Below, piece by piece: positions 26,150-26,962 of a stretch of DNA of 26,962 nt (positions are counted from its first letter, which is position 1; every line of letters begins with the position of its first letter). The notes below the pieces were generated by a model. It ran no database searches. It saw only the letters and a list, made by a program, of their open reading frames with translations, and was not told the origin of the DNA. This DNA comes from Octopus sinensis (lineage: Eukaryota), in contig NW_021834059.1 in the NCBI RefSeq assembly GCF_006345805.1, forward strand, positions 1-26,962, given 5' to 3'. Position numbers and translations under genes: made by a program.

Positions 26150-26962
26150 ATTAAAGAGTGAAATAACGACAGAAGGCTTAAATGTTAAAAAATATATGTA
26201 TTTGCGTCAATATGTCTGAAGAATATTAGAAAATTTAAAAAAAATTTTTTTTTTCCCTTTATAATGACAATTTTTAAAGAAAGACCGGTTTCGCATTTAG
26301 CTTTTCAAATTTCTTGTGACGTTATGTTTATGTTTAATAGAGTTATCCTTGTGTTTATGCTCCGGAGAGTTCTAAATAAGGGAAGGTAGTGTGTGATTTC
26401 TTCCGGTGTAAGGGAGATAATCGCTTAAAATTTTTTTTCCTTTCCCTTAATGTGAATTTCTCTGTATCAGTATGTTCGGATGGTTGAGTCTGGGCTTGTA
26501 CTTTTCAATGAAGAATGTTTCCTTGTTTAGTCTAATTTGTGTTGATGATCCGAAAGCACATTGGTAAAATGGAAAGATTAAAATTGTGGTAGTAGTTGCT
26601 TTGCGCATTTCTCAATGTGCTCACTAAAAGGTATCATTCTATTTGGGAATGCAATCTGTTTGTCGATGCAGTGTGCATCTACGTCTGAGTGATAGTCCCG
26701 TGGAACCCACGTAGTCTTGGTGGCAGCCCGAGAGCATTTTATGACATAAATTATGTTTTCAGAGGCACAAGTAAAGTTAGATTTGATCTTGAATTTCTGT
26801 CCCTCTTTAAAGAGGAATTCTGATCCTTCTAGCAGGTTAGGACATGTGCACAGTTCGATCTACCACATTTTACTTTGCATCCGTAATTTCGGAAGACAAT
26901 TTTGCCTTTATGAGAATCTTTTTAAGTGATTTTTTAAGCTTCTGTCGTTTTTCACTCTTACT
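26150..26962 (-). mobile_element. Penelope-like element (probably Neptune-type), 3' end with GIY-YIG endonuclease and terminal repeat; runs off the window
   Basis: Minus-strand translation across frameshifts: KCGRSNC..CPNLLEGSEF, FKIKSNFTCASENIIYVIKC (26734-26793), GCHQDYVGSTGLSLRRRCTLHRQ, SEHIEKC, IFPFYQC..RLNKETFFIEKYKPRLN, stop at 26447-26449. IY..YVG with R and H is the PLE GIY-YIG signature; the upstream Cys cluster suggests Neptune. Confidence 0.88.
26277..26315 (-). ncRNA. Degenerate minimal hammerhead ribozyme motif in the Penelope-like terminal repeat
   Basis: Minus strand reads aagaaa-t-UUGAAAA-GC-uaaau-GC-GAAA-CCG-GUC-tttctt: 6-bp stem I, 2-bp stem II, palindromic stem III ACCGGU, GUC triplet. 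The core differs from CUGANGA at C3 and G8. Confidence 0.6.

Overview
Repeat-dominated, AT-rich eukaryotic non-coding DNA (intergenic or intronic), most likely from an octopus or other coleoid cephalopod; this rests on recognition of the SINE families and is not database-verified. I found no intact host gene, and nearly all long ORFs in the track are microsatellite artefacts. The window holds dense simple repeats, at least four tRNA-headed SINE families (my labels A-D), a decayed RTE-clade LINE RT (5600-6864, -), an R4/Dong-type non-LTR RT fragment (13060-13560, +), a probable non-autonomous Helitron (21765-22137), a MITE-like palindrome (17757-17903) and the 3' end of a Penelope-like element with a GIY-YIG endonuclease (26150-26962, -). 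The most interesting signals are degenerate minimal hammerhead-ribozyme motifs in Penelope-type terminal repeats, multimeric SINE arrays with one recurring junction, a fold-back inverted duplication of a SINE tail, and an 85-bp near-perfect hairpin. None is shown here to be a new functional system.
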